Source of the DNA: Octopus bimaculoides
Taxonomy: Eukaryota
Direction: 5' to 3'
Length of the DNA stretch: 47,961 bases
Assembly (NCBI RefSeq): GCF_001194135.2
Contig: NC_068989.1
Span: 15,932,845 to 15,980,805 of the forward strand
Made by a program: the position numbers and the translations under genes. Shown here piece by piece: positions 24,921-37,470 of the stretch. Each line of letters starts with the position of its first letter. The first letter of the stretch is position 1. The notes beneath the pieces were generated by a model. It searched no databases. It was not told where the DNA came from and was given only the letters and a program-made list of their open reading frames with translations.

Positions 24921-27096
24921 NNNNNNNNNNNNNNNNNNNNNNNNNNNNNNNNNNNNNNNNNNNNNNNNNNNNNNNNNNNNNNNNNNNNNNNNNNNNNNNN
25001 NNNNNNNNNNNNNNNNNNNNNNNNNNNNNNNNNNNNNNNNNNNNNNNNNNNNNNNNNNNNNNNNNNNNNNNNNNNNNNNNNNNNNNNNNNNNNNNNNNNN
25101 NNNNNNNNNNNNNNNNNNNNNNNNNNNNNNNNNNNNNNNNNNNNNNNNNNNNNNNNNNNNNNNNNNNNNNNNNNNNNNNNNNNNNNNNNNNNNNNNNNNN
25201 NNNNNNNNNNNNNNNNNNNNNNNNNNNNNNNNNNNNNNNNNNNNNNNNNNNNNNNNNNNNNNCAGAGTGTAAAGTTGGGAGATAATAAGATGATTTAAAT
25301 CCGATAAAAATTGGAGAGGAATGTTACGTAAATAATGGGATCGTAAAGGGGAGTTAATCTTGTATTTCTACAAAAAGTGCTGAGATAAATGTGTATAATC
25401 ATATATACTCATGTATACGCACATATATACACACATACATACTCACCCACAAACATACATACACTCGTATAAATACATATATACATACATATATACACAT
25501 GCATACACACACACACACACACATATATATACTCAAGTACCCAAAATGACAAGGAGTTTCTACCTCATTAACAGGAGTTACACCACAGTCATTTTGTGAT
25601 CTTCGCTACTCTGCTATCTATTAACCAATTTATTTTGTCCGAGTTATTTAGTAATTAGGAGAAAATTAATACATATAATAATATATATATATATATATAT
25701 ATATAAATATACACGCACACACAAATATATATAAATATATTACGGAGATGTACTTGCGTAGTAAGTGACCTGATCTAAGATCGTGTGATGGAACGAAAAC
25801 AATTGCAGCGTGGAAGGTGTTTATAAGCCATTTAAGAAACACATTAAAAACCCGTCAGATTCACTTCAACATTTAAATTTAATTTGACAAAATATTTTCG
25901 TTGCTTTGAGACCGTGACCTGTTCACTGACAAAATTCCGTGCTGCATCTCAGTTATATATATATACATACATATATATATATATATATATGCGTGTGTGT
26001 GTGTGAACGAATAATAGTCTCAGGGACTGAAGAGTTTTCCAGAATAAACATGTCATTAACGAAAATAAATTATATTTCTCGAGAAACAACAGGAAAGTTG
26101 TTTACATGTTTTTGCCTCAATAGGTGTCAACACCTAAGCAATTGCCCTACTTTGACTCCGGTTAGAATAGCGCTGTTTATATATATACAAAAACGATAAA
26201 AGCTCATTTATAGCCTCAGATAATTTGCATAATTCAAACGAAAGCTTTAACATAATTATTGTTATTGTTATTCAAATAGTTCTTAATGATCTGTCAATGA
26301 TGCCTTCAGAGCAGAATCGTGTGTTTACTCTCAAAGCATATCAGATCGTATTGTACCCAATTACCTTTTCATATTCTCTAAAACATAGAAAGAATATTCT
26401 ATTTCAATTTATTTATTTATAAGTATATCTCTTTATCTATATATTTATTTATATATATATGCATTTGTGTATGTATCTACCTGTTTATAGGTACCTATTT
26501 GTATCTATGTACTTATCTATAACTATCTAACTTATTTATCTAACTCCATTTTCTAAATTTATCAACAGGCTCGAGAATGTGGGAGTGCCGTGATCTCTAG
26601 AGCAAGCAAAAGACCCTCAAAATGTCCAATGACATTCCCTGCATATTTGGTTTTATATCAGAATGACCTCGTCTTAACAATATATTTTAATAAAAGCTGA
26701 CGTGGTGGGTTGGGGACATCACTCCCAGTTTTCTTCCAGCCCACCGGACACCAACCTGGAATTTCTGAGGGTCTGTACTACTGCTAGGTCCATCCCTCCT
26801 TTTAAAAAGTCTTGTTTTTAGTCCTTTTTGGTTTTCTACCATCCCTTCTCACCAAGCAAGACTAGCTGGGCTGGTGGTTTACTCACCGGCAACCCTACAA
26901 TGCAACAGGTTGTATTGGATTGCATATTATCAGTGGGTGGCGCTCCTAAGAGATCACAAAAGTGATCTCACACATATACACACACATTCACACACACACA
27001 CACACATGCGCGCACACACTTATGCACACACACACCCATGCACACACACACATGCACACACACATATGCACACACATACATACATACAATACATAC

Positions 27097-27220
27097 ATGA
27101 TGGCCGTTCACCCGTGACCGAGGAAGACCATTGCCGACCTTCAGGAACATTGTGCGCTCTAGGACTAACTTATGTTTTGCATTTGCGGCTCCGTTGGTGG
27201 CTAATGAGCCCTGCTCTTGA
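27097..27220 (-). mobile_element. Extremely 5'-truncated RTE LINE 3' stub
   Basis: Minus strand encodes SRAGLISHQRSRKCKT-stop (second half of an RTE C-terminal zinc finger); short UTR ending acggccatcatgtatg, like the end of the 1867 element; flanked by (TACA)n on both sides. Confidence 0.7.
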
Positions 27221-27342
27221 CATACATACATACATACATACATACATACGTACATACATACATACATACAAACATACATACATACGTACATACACACATA
27301 CATTCATGCATGCATGCATAATACATATATACGTACACGCTC

Positions 27343-27623
27343 TTGTGGTTCCCAAAATTATTGGGGCTGCTGCTCCCACCCCAACTAACCATCACAAATA
27401 TAGACCTCTTACTGAAGCAAATTCAAAGCACCTATATTTCACAAATAAAACTTAACCTAATGAACCCATTATTCTGTTGTTTTTACATGAATCTCTACCC
27501 CCATTATCGCCCCACATTTTACATGCATCGCTTCCCCATTATCACCCCACTTTTCTTCAACGCCCCCTTGGAACTTTCCACAACCCCCTAGGGGCGTAAT
27601 ACTGCCCACTTTGGGAACCACTA
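27343..27623. mobile_element. hAT (Charlie-like) MITE
   Basis: TIRs TTGTGGTTCCCAAA / TTTGGGAACCACTA, resembling Charlie-type (C/T)AGTGGTTCCCAAA ends; 8-bp TSD not recognisable. Confidence 0.55.
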
Positions 27624-27899
27624 GCATGTAGTAGAAGGACACACATAGATATCGTTTCTTGTTTCTTACACATTGTTTCTTATTTGATAAAGCATTTCCC
27701 CCCGAAACATCCGTCTTTTTTTCCGCTTTTCCATTTTGAGGGCGTAGTACTCGTTGGACCCAACTTTTATTTATGTTTTGTGTGCCTGTGTGTTTACTTT
27801 TTGTTCGTCACTTTCCGAATTTTTGCTCATCTCTTGTAACTTCTCGCATCATCCACCTATCCTTCTCTTACCTTCCTCTTTCCATTTGTGCTATTTTAC

Positions 27900-27951
<52 letters not shown>

Positions 27952-28831
27952 ATACATATATGCTTACACTCACTCACATGCATTTATTTTATATATATAT
28001 ATGCATTTNNNNNNNNNNNNNNNNNNNNNNNNNNNNNNNNNNNNNNNNNNNNNNNNNNNNNNNNNNNNNNNNNNNNNNNNNNNNNNNNNNNNNNNNNNNN
28101 NNNNNNNNNNNNNNNNNNNNNNNNNNNNNNNNNNNNNNNNNNNNNNNNNNNNNNNNNNNNNNNNNNNNNNNNNNNNNNNNNNNNNNNNNNNNNNNNNNNN
28201 NNNNNNNNNNNNNNNNNNNNNNNNNNNNNNNNNNNNNNNNNNNNNNNNNNNNNNNNNNNNNNNNNNNNNNNNNNNNNNNNNNNNNNNNNNNNNNNNNNNN
28301 NNNNNNNNNNNNNNNNNNNNNNNNNNNNNNNNNNNNNNNNNNNNNNNNNNNNNNNNNNNNNNNNNNNNNNNNNNNNNNNNNNNNNNNNNNNNNNNNNNNN
28401 NNNNNNNNNNNNNNNNNNNNNNNNNNNNNNNNNNNNNNNNNNNNNNNNNNNNNNNNNNNNNNNNNNNNNNNNNNNNNNNNNNNNNNNNNNNNNNNNNNNN
28501 NNNNNNNNNNNNNNNNNNNNNNNNNNNNNNNNNNNNNNNNNNNNNNNNNNNNNNNNNNNNNNNNNNNNNNNNNNNNNNNNNNNNNNNNNNNNNNNNNNNN
28601 NNNNNNNNNNNNNNNNNNNNNNNNNNNNNNNNNNNNNNNNNNNNNNNNNNNNNNNNNNNNNNNNNNNNNNNNNNNNNNNNNNNNNNNNNNNNGCCGAATG
28701 TTCAAACATGGGTAGTCTTTTCTTGGGCTGTTAATGCTGCATTCATAGCCAATTAGAATATGCGTTTTTGTGTACGCGTGTATGTGTGAATGCTTGTGTG
28801 TGTGTATGTGTGTGTGTGCGTGTGCGTGTGC

Positions 28832-28875
<44 letters not shown>

Positions 28876-30798
28876 GTGTGTTTCTTTATTCCTTTGCAAC
28901 TCCCTTGGGTATTTTATGCTTATGTATTTTATGCATATGTGTTTGCATATTCCTATCTGCTAACGATCATACGTGTGTGCATTTGTTTATGTATGTAAAA
29001 TATGATGTAAGAAAGCCATTTTATGTTAACTCTAACACTCAGCTCGAGGATTGTCGACTAATCAATGCTGTTTGTATGAATTGTACTTAAATATAAGCAT
29101 TTAAGTGCAATGTTCTGTGTGTACATGTGCGTATATGTGTGTGCATGTATGTAGTTTTGTGTATATTTTTGTGTGAATGTATGTGTGCATACATTTTCTG
29201 AATATCAGTGTATGCATGCATGTACATACGCATATACGTGTGTGTGTATGCATGTGTGTGTGTGTGCGTGTGTGTGGGAGGAGTTGTGAGTGAGTGAGAG
29301 AGAGTGTGAAAGAGGGATTATATGTGTGTATATATTTATATATGTATGCGTGTATAACGTGGTAGTTAACCCATCACAAATAAATGGTGAACGTCGTTGC
29401 ACATGTACTATGTATGTATGTATGTATGTATGTATGCATGTATGTGTGTGTATGTATGTATGTATTAAGTATTATGTATGTATGAATGTACGTACGTATG
29501 TATGTCGGTATGTATGTATGCAGGTATGCATGCATGTATGTATGTATATTTGTACGTATGTATGTATGTATGCATGTATGTGCATGCAAATATACANNNN
29601 NNNNNNNNNNNNNNNNNNNNNNNNNNNNNNNNNNNNNNNNNNNNNNNNNNNNNNNNNNNNNNNNNNNNNNNNNNNNNNNNNNNNNNNNNNNNNNNNNNNN
29701 NNNNNNNNNNNNNNNNNNNNNNNNNNNNNNNNNNNNNNNNNNNNNNNNNNNNNNNNNNNNNNNNNNNNNNNNNNNNNNNNNNNNNNNNNNNNNNNNNNNN
29801 NNNNNNNNNNNNNNNNNNNNNNNNNNNNNNNNNNNNNNNNNNNNNNNNNNNNNNNNNNNNNNNNNNNNNNNNNNNNNNNNNNNNNNNNNNNNNNNNNNNN
29901 NNNNNNNNNNNNNNNNNNNNNNNNNNNNNNNNNNNNNNNNNNNNNNNNNNNNNNNNNNNNNNNNNNNNNNNNNNNNNNNNNNNNNNNNNNNNNNNNNNNN
30001 NNNNNNNNNNNNNNNNNNNNNNNNNNNNNNNNNNNNNNNNNNNNNNNNNNNNNNNNNNNNNNNNNNNNNNNNNNNNNNNNNNNNNNNNNNNNNNNNNNNN
30101 NNNNNNNNNNNNNNATATATATATATATATATATACATATATATATTCATGATGTTACTGCTGTCGTCCGCTTGCGATCATGGCTGCTTTCATAGTTATT
30201 CAACTGCCACCTTCCAGGCATCCTTTGAAGATGTGAAAGTACATCATCATAAATGTTGCTTGCAAAAAAAAAAAAAAAACATTTCGGTTTTATATTTTTA
30301 TTTTATTTCTAAGTGTTGTTAACTTTTGCATGCTATTACAGACAATTACTTTCCAAGAAACAAATTCACAATTCGTAGAATATGATTCCGTCTTTTGAGG
30401 GAAATGGTTTCATAGTTTTTACTGATCTTGTATATAGTATAACATATAGGTTGTGGTGATGTGTTTTTGTTTTGCCTCGTTGATATTTGAATGTATGTTT
30501 TAGTGTTAGTAATTGGGTGTTTGCAAAAGTATTGTAGCTTGTTTGCTATGTTAATTTGGTAGTAAAATGTCACATTTGAAGAGAAGCTGTTATACCTAAT
30601 TTTGGTGCATGTATATGTGTATATGTGTATATGTGTGTGTATAGGTGCTGGTGTGCTTTGTATAAAAATATAGAACTTTTGAGTATGGTTTAGTTTAGGG
30701 AGAACGGATAATGGTCTCCGGAAGTCCTACCAGAATGTTAGATTAATATGGTTTCTGTTCAGTTTCAATACTTACCTCATATGAGGGAAATCTTGTAA

Positions 30799-30833
<35 letters not shown>

Positions 30834-32111
30834 CACATGAGCACACACAGACATACACACACACATGCACGCACACACATACGCACACATACACGCTCAT
30901 ATGTACACAAACACGCACAAGCATCACAGAGTGCATAGAAAAGAAAAGCATCTGATCGACAGTCGAAGACTCATTCATAAAGCGCGAACAGACAAGAAAA
31001 GGCGAGAAAAGGCGGGAAAGAAGATGATATAAAAGGTGCAAGGTTGAAAAACCGGAAAACGGAAAAGAAATCAGAAAGAAGCAAAAGAGGCAATTAGAGT
31101 TATTTCCCTTAGACTGTAGAATATAATGCTGAAAAGACAGTGGCTTACAGTCTGTGGTACGGTTATTCAATTGGAAGAGGGAGGCACTTTCTAATTTGTC
31201 AACAGGAACTTAGCCATATGCTTACAACCTCTGAAAATTTCGGATCTAGAATCCAGCAATGCGTTAGAGTTCTTAGATCTGAAAAGGATCTGAGTTCTTT
31301 AAGCTACGCATAACTTACATTTTTTTGATCTATTAACATATGGTGTGGATTTATCGACTATTTTCCACCCTATCGTATGTGGTGTAGCGTTCGATTTCAA
31401 ACCCCTTACGTGGCTAGCCAACGTAGTAGCTTGACAGAAACTGATAGAAGCCATTCAAATATAATATACACATACATATATATATATACATACATATAAA
31501 TATATACATACATATATATAAATATATACATACATATATATACACACACACATATATNNNNNNNNNNNNNNNNNNNNNNNNNNNNNNNNNNNNNNNNNNN
31601 NNNNNNNNNNNNNNNNNNNNNNNNNNNNNNNNNNNNNNNNNNNNNNNNNNNNNNNNNNNNNNNNNNNNNNNNNNNNNNNNNNNNNNNNNNNNNNNNNNNN
31701 NNNNNNNNNNNNNNNNNNNNNNNNNNNNNNNNNNNNNNNNNNNNNNNNNNNNNNNNNNNNNNNNNNNNNNNNNNNNNNNNNNNNNNNNNNNNNNNNNNNN
31801 NNNNNNNNNNNNNNNNNNNNNNNNNNNNNNNNNNNNNNNNNNNNNNNNNNNNNNNNNNNNNNNNNNNNNNNNNNNNNNNNNNNNNNNNNNNNNNGTGTAG
31901 AATCCATAATATATTCCATTGCATTATTTTATTTTATTTCTTAACTTTATCTCATCTACTTACTGATTTACATATTCATTTAGTGATAATGTTATTTTAT
32001 CTAAAAGATGGAAAAAGACTGTCTTCTCTTTTTTTTGTTTGAAGGAAAAGAACTCTCTCTCTCTCTCTCTCCCTCTCTCTCTCTCGTTTTCTCTCTCTTT
32101 TTATCTATCTC

Positions 32112-32170
<59 letters not shown>

Positions 32171-33240
32171 ATCTATCTATCTCTCACTCACTTATCTAAA
32201 GTAGGATAATATAAAACAAGACATGTGTTCTTTAGCTGCTGATTGATTTTCATGTTAGATTTTTAAAGGTTTCCAATTTTTACTAATTATTTTTTAATTC
32301 ATTTTTTTTTCTACTTTTGTAATTATTACTATTAGGGAACTGAATAGCATAAAGGGATTAGATGATCCATTTAATAAAGGGTCAGATAAAAAATGCCTTG
32401 CAAAAATTTAGTTATGGTTCTTTACATATAACTAAAGAGCTTTATATTTGAGTTTAAACCCTTCACTCAGGTTAATTTTGGTCTTTCATCTTTCCGTGGC
32501 ATAAATTTTGTTCTAGCCAAGTACCGGGTTTGATTGAATCTACTCTAAACTTCTCCCTCATCACCTTCCTAAAAAATATGTGGCCTATGTTTGAAATCAT
32601 TAATGTTATTAGGAAGACTAAGTGGATACTGATGTTGTTGTTGTTGTTGTTGTTCGTGGTTGTGGTGGTGGTCGCATAAATACATTAAATGATAGAATCA
32701 GTTAAGCGGTAGATAAAATGTGTACACTGTTCAACGGAAGACATTGTGATCACAAGTACACCAGTCTTTAAGCACAGATTTGCTCAGTGAAGCTTAACCA
32801 GAAACTAAATAAAAACATTAACAACAACAACAACAATAACAACAACAACCAAAGCGGGAGGCCTCTAATTAGGTGCTCGATCAGCCTACAATAGCAATCA
32901 AATCTCCCTTGAATCTCACTCTGTCGTCTCAAGCAAGAAAGACACTTTCATTAATGTAATCCTAGAAAAAATGTCTGAAAATAGCTTTCATAAAAATTCT
33001 TTTCAATAAAATCAAGGGTGAGTACTCCATAATTTAAACTGTCTTAAAATCAAATGGCGGTATGCAGGGAGAATTAAACATTAAGCAAAATTTATATGAG
33101 AACGTCTAATGTTCTCGCTATATTTACCAACTTTCACATGCATTCCTTTTTCCCTGTTTCGAGATAAGCCCATAATATAAACAATGTTGTATTAATAAAT
33201 AAATATATAAAGTATAACTACGATAATTTTAAAAGATTTG

Positions 33241-33340
33241 AGAGATCTTACGATCGTTTCATGAATATTCTACCTTTCGAAATGAAATCCAAAGTCGATA
33301 ACCATTATTAGGAAGTATATCCATTCGTCAGAGAAAATGA
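33241..33340 (-). ncRNA. Partly decayed type I hammerhead motif with extended (64-nt) stem II
   Basis: Minus strand: CTGACGA (33331-33325); stem II ATGGATAT/ATATTCAT (8 bp, one G.U); GAAAC-GATC-GTA with palindrome ACGATCGT; stem I only 3 bp (TCT/AGA). Confidence 0.55.
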
Positions 33341-33562
33341 TGAATTTTAGTGTAATTAATCGAATGATAGAGATGCTATTTAAAATCGTATGATAAAAGT
33401 TTTGTCTAAAAAGTTATTGGTATAGGTTTATATTGGTATAAATTTGAGCTAAGAGTTTTGATAAAAACAAGATAAATCTATGGTAAAATCTTTTGTAGGA
33501 ATAGGTAGTGGCTGTGTGTCGATAGAAGTACCATAATTCCTTTTCTCTTCAGTATGTAATCC

Positions 33563-33593
<31 letters not shown>

Positions 33594-34439
33594 TATACAT
33601 ATATATATTTGTGTGTGGGTGTATACACATACACACAACACACATGATAAAATAGGGATGGACGAATTCAAATCCGAATCCATTGATCGTGAAATAACAT
33701 AATCTAAGCGTCAACAGTCACCTCTTGAATTTATAAACACTGTGTGTCGGCATTACTGCAAGAAAAAAAAATTATTTTATTTAATTAGAGCACTGAATTC
33801 ACTGGACATCAAAGGTAGGGCTTTTGAATATAAAAAAGAAGTACGTAAATAAATTATTACCATCTTTATATATATTTAGAAGCTCTTCAGTTGTGCCTTT
33901 GGCATGCGATACGCTGAAATGTGCAGCTCTCAATATAGAGAAATGTATTTGTAAATTTTTTTTATATATTTTTCTAAATAAACTCATTTAACCTTCCCTA
34001 ACCTATTATTATTGTAAGTTAAGTTAGGTTAAAGTAGGTTTGGTTAATTTAGTTTATTTATCAAAATATACAAAATATAAGTCTTCAATAATGCCTCTAT
34101 GTTGGCTTTTATCTGTAAGTTTGTTTGTTTGTTTTACTTTTTGGTACTAAATTAAAGATTTTTGCTTTCAGTTATCTACTATTGACATGCAGGAAATTAT
34201 TTTTATACAAAATTAAATCGAAAATCCACTGCATGTGGATACATCAGCTTTACTTTTAAAAAATACATTTCATTTATATTTTTATACTTTAACATAGAAC
34301 TGATGCCGCCATCTTTAATTTACGGTGTAATTGAGTTCTAGAATCGCAAAGAGGGTATTTTGTCAGAGCTGTTGAATCACTCCTCCCACGTTGAGTAGAC
34401 AGCATTTCTGTTGAGGTATGTTAACTTAAATGACGATGT

Positions 34440-34960
34440 GTATGATGTACGAGTAAGATTTACTAAGTTTTCAGATTGCTGCAATGAACACAGTTAATCT
34501 GAATAACTGAAGGGTGAAAGTATGTGATAATGCTGCCAACATGTCGAGGAAGTATAACCAAAAATACTAGAACAGTGTTTTCTGTGTTTAATTGAAAGTG
34601 GCTGCTATATCCTCAGTTTTTATGGAAATGGCTCTGCTGAGTACTTATCGCAAGCCATATTTTGAAACAGTTCAAACGATTTGTAATCTGCTTAGTTACA
34701 CTGCTAAAGGCTAACAATTACTTTAAAATGAGGGCGTATCAAAAGCCAGGTGGCTTTGAAGGTATCAAACCATTCTTGTCTCAACTTACCGGTGAACCGT
34801 TTAGCATTGTAACATGTTTTAGAGCTGAGCACTCAAGATAAGATATGAAGATTGCTAAAACTTATTTACGTTTTAATATGAGTTCTAATTTAATGTGTCA
34901 GCTGTAAGAGATAATTTCAACGAGATCATTCAAGGCAGAGAAGTGTCTAACACTGAAACG
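34440..34960 (+). mobile_element. Decayed hAT transposase fragment
   Basis: VCDNAANMSRKYN at 34520-34558 (cf. hAT/ZMYM1-type YDNAANMSGKYxG) and YFETVQTICNLLS downstream. Confidence 0.6.
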
Positions 34961-35009
34961 CCTTAAAGATTTGACGAAGATACGAAACGACTGGAAAAAC
35001 ATATCGAAT

Positions 35010-35287
35010 GAAGCCGATAATGTTGAGATCGATAGTATAAGTACTAGGCTTACGAAGAATAAGTCCAGGAGTCGATTTCTTCAACTAACACCTTTTAAGG
35101 CGGTGCTCCAGTATGGCCGCAATCAAATGTCTAAAACAAGTAAAAGAATATATATACATGACAATCACAAGACTTTGGCCGGACCAATGCTATGGCAGAT
35201 GATATTTGTCTGGGGTGCCATGCTGTGGGACTGAACCCAAAACCATGTGGTTGCACAGCAAGCTTCTTACCACATAGCCACGCCTGT
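35010..35287. mobile_element. SINE family B pieces: 3' half on + (about 35010-35150) followed by 5' half on - (about 35165-35287)
   Basis: taagtactaggcttac...gcggtgctccagtatggccgc then reverse-complement head ...aagcttcttaccacatagccacgcc. Confidence 0.75.
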
Positions 35288-35770
35288 GTCTATGTTAAAA
35301 CTTTTGTTTTAAAAGTAATGTCTTTGTGATAAGCTAAACTATTTTTGTCTTATTTTTAGTATTATATCGTTTCTTTATTTTCATAACAAAACTCGTTATC
35401 CAAAGCTTCTAAATTACAAATATTGTGTAGAAATTAAACTCATATAGAATATACATAAATCAGAAATAAAATTAAAAAATAGCAAAAAGATTTTTAAGAA
35501 ACGAAAGAGTTCATTTCTTTAAAGTTTACATTATCAGATAACAAACTATTCTCTATTTACAGTCAGAAGAACATTTAAAAAATGAAAGCTAATGAACAAA
35601 TTGAATGCAAACTGTAGAAACAATTATTTAACCTTTGTTTAAAAACTTGGGGGTCATAATACATTATAAGTTTTGTTTAAATTGCTACTATGCGATTTTT
35701 TAAACACAGAAAGCACTAAATTTGTAATGCTAAATTTTTAATTTGTAAACTTAGAGGCAATTAATCTTTT

Positions 35771-36343
35771 GGATCTATTTTAAAACGGGGGCCACATTTT
35801 TCATTAATGTTTTACGTAGTGTTTTTGGTACGGAAAGACTTTCAGACTTCGTATACTTATCTATTTTGTGTTATAGAACAGAAAAATATTTTTGTATTCG
35901 AATTTATTTCATGTAAAAAATTGTCTTATTTCGATAATTTCAACCAATCACTGACAAGTATTCAGTTGTTTATATTTACTCATTTGGCTGATTAAGCGAT
36001 GTAAAGCGTATTTAATCTCCATACCTTCGTTTTATTTGCTTTTTTCATTTTAAATTTGCTTTAACCCTAACCCTAACCCTAACCCTAGGGTTAGGGTTAG
36101 GGTTAGGGTTAATTGTTTCAGAATCGTTTGTTTATGTAATCGGCACTTAATCGGTTGAATGGACGTCAGTGATTGGTTGAAATTACAGAAATACGACAAC
36201 TTTCACATGGAATAACTTAGGGATTTCTTTTTTTTTAAGAAGACTAAGAGAAAAAGATGTTTTATATGACACATTCTACCAGTGTTCCAAATTTCAAAGT
36301 GTTTCGTTAATGAAAAATGTGGCCCCCGTTTTAAAAAGGATCC
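35771..36343. mobile_element. 573-bp non-autonomous foldback DNA transposon (MITE) with 37-bp TIRs, 8-bp TSD and central telomeric palindrome
   Basis: TIR 35771-35807 vs 36307-36343 (35/37 match); AATCTTTT at 35763-35770 and 36344-36351; perfect 21-bp inner inverted repeat 35935-35955/36165-36185; perfect 52-bp palindrome 36061-36112. Confidence 0.92.
36061..36112. repeat. Perfect inverted telomeric repeat TTAA(CCCTAA)3CCCT|AGGG(TTAGGG)3TTAA
   Basis: 26+26 bp perfect palindrome centred between 36086 and 36087. Confidence 0.97.
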
Positions 36344-37260
36344 AATCTTTTCACTAAAATTGAAAATAAATAGCCTCTTGAGTATTCTAATTTGAATTTT
36401 TAAGTAAAAATATAAAAGTGCACTTATTACTTTTTCAGTTTTTAAGTTCTAACTTCAGCAGCCGTATTTTAAGTCTTTTTGATCTAGTCCTGTACTTTTT
36501 CAGGCTTAATTATTGCTTGTCCTGTACTTTTCCGGATTCAATACTTAAGAATATTCTAGCACTCTGCGCCTGCATTTTTCAGTTTAGTCCACTTTCTTTC
36601 CAGGCAACGTTTCTCTAATTATAATTAATTTTATTTACTTGTATATTTTTCCTTTATATTTTTCCTATTTACTTGTATATTTTTCCTTGTATATTTTTCC
36701 TATTATACTACAAATAAGACAAAAATGTTTACCTTGATACAAATAAATTTTTTGATTAAAAATATTAATTTGAAAAATTTGCCATAAAAGGAGAAAAGTA
36801 AAAAAAACAAAAAAAGTGCACACACTATTTGATAAACAATTTCAGAAATTTATTTTGATCCGAGCTTCTTTTAGCTTCATTTTTCTCAGCTTTTCTTTGG
36901 TAGCTAGACACATATCTGGTTAATATTATACTATTTTCTCCAATGTACTGCCAGTCAACAGTTGCCTGACATATTAAAAGCATTAACAGATTGTAACCAT
37001 TGATAAATTTTCCGCATGATTTTCTTTGAAGTTGATGAAACCTTTCAACACCTTTTCTATTTCTTCTTAATTTGACAATTTCAGCAACGGTGAAGAAACT
37101 GAATCCTCCTTCATTCAACCTTAGGAAATCGACATTTTTTACCACATTTTTTTTTTCCTTTTCCTTAAATTCTCCAGCAAGAAAACGACAGACCAAATTG
37201 TAAAGAGTGATGTTTGATACTGAACATGGCAATCTGCGAGTAATATATTGTTCCATAACA

Positions 37261-37470
37261 CGGCGAGTTGGCAGAGTTGTTTGCACGCAGGGCGAAATGT
37301 TTAGCGGTATTTCGTCTGTCTTTACGCTCTGAGTTCAAATTCTGCCGAGGTCGACTATGCCTTTCATCCTTTCGGGGTCGATAAATTAAGTACCAGTTGC
37401 GTACTGGAGTCGATCGAATCGGCTGGCTACCTCCCCTAAAATTTCGGGCCTTGTGCCTAGAGTAGAAAAG
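37261..37470 (+). mobile_element. SINE family A, full length
   Basis: ggcgagttggcagagttg head, GAGTTCAAATTC B box, 3' gggccttgtgcctagagtagaaa. Confidence 0.9.

Noticed and set aside
26027-26103. CTGAAGA with a downstream GAAAC hairpin
   Set aside because: No stem I and no closing stem II.
26950-26969. Perfect hairpin GAGATCAC-AAAA-GTGATCTC as a Helitron 3' end
   Set aside because: No CTRR terminus at the expected distance on either strand.
36061-36112. Chromosome end-to-end fusion scar
   Set aside because: Orientation is CCCTAA then TTAGGG, opposite to a fusion, and it lies inside a TIR/TSD-bounded element.
36825-37286. 153-aa minus-strand ORF
   Set aside because: No recognisable motif, overlaps a SINE at its start, no convincing splice signals.
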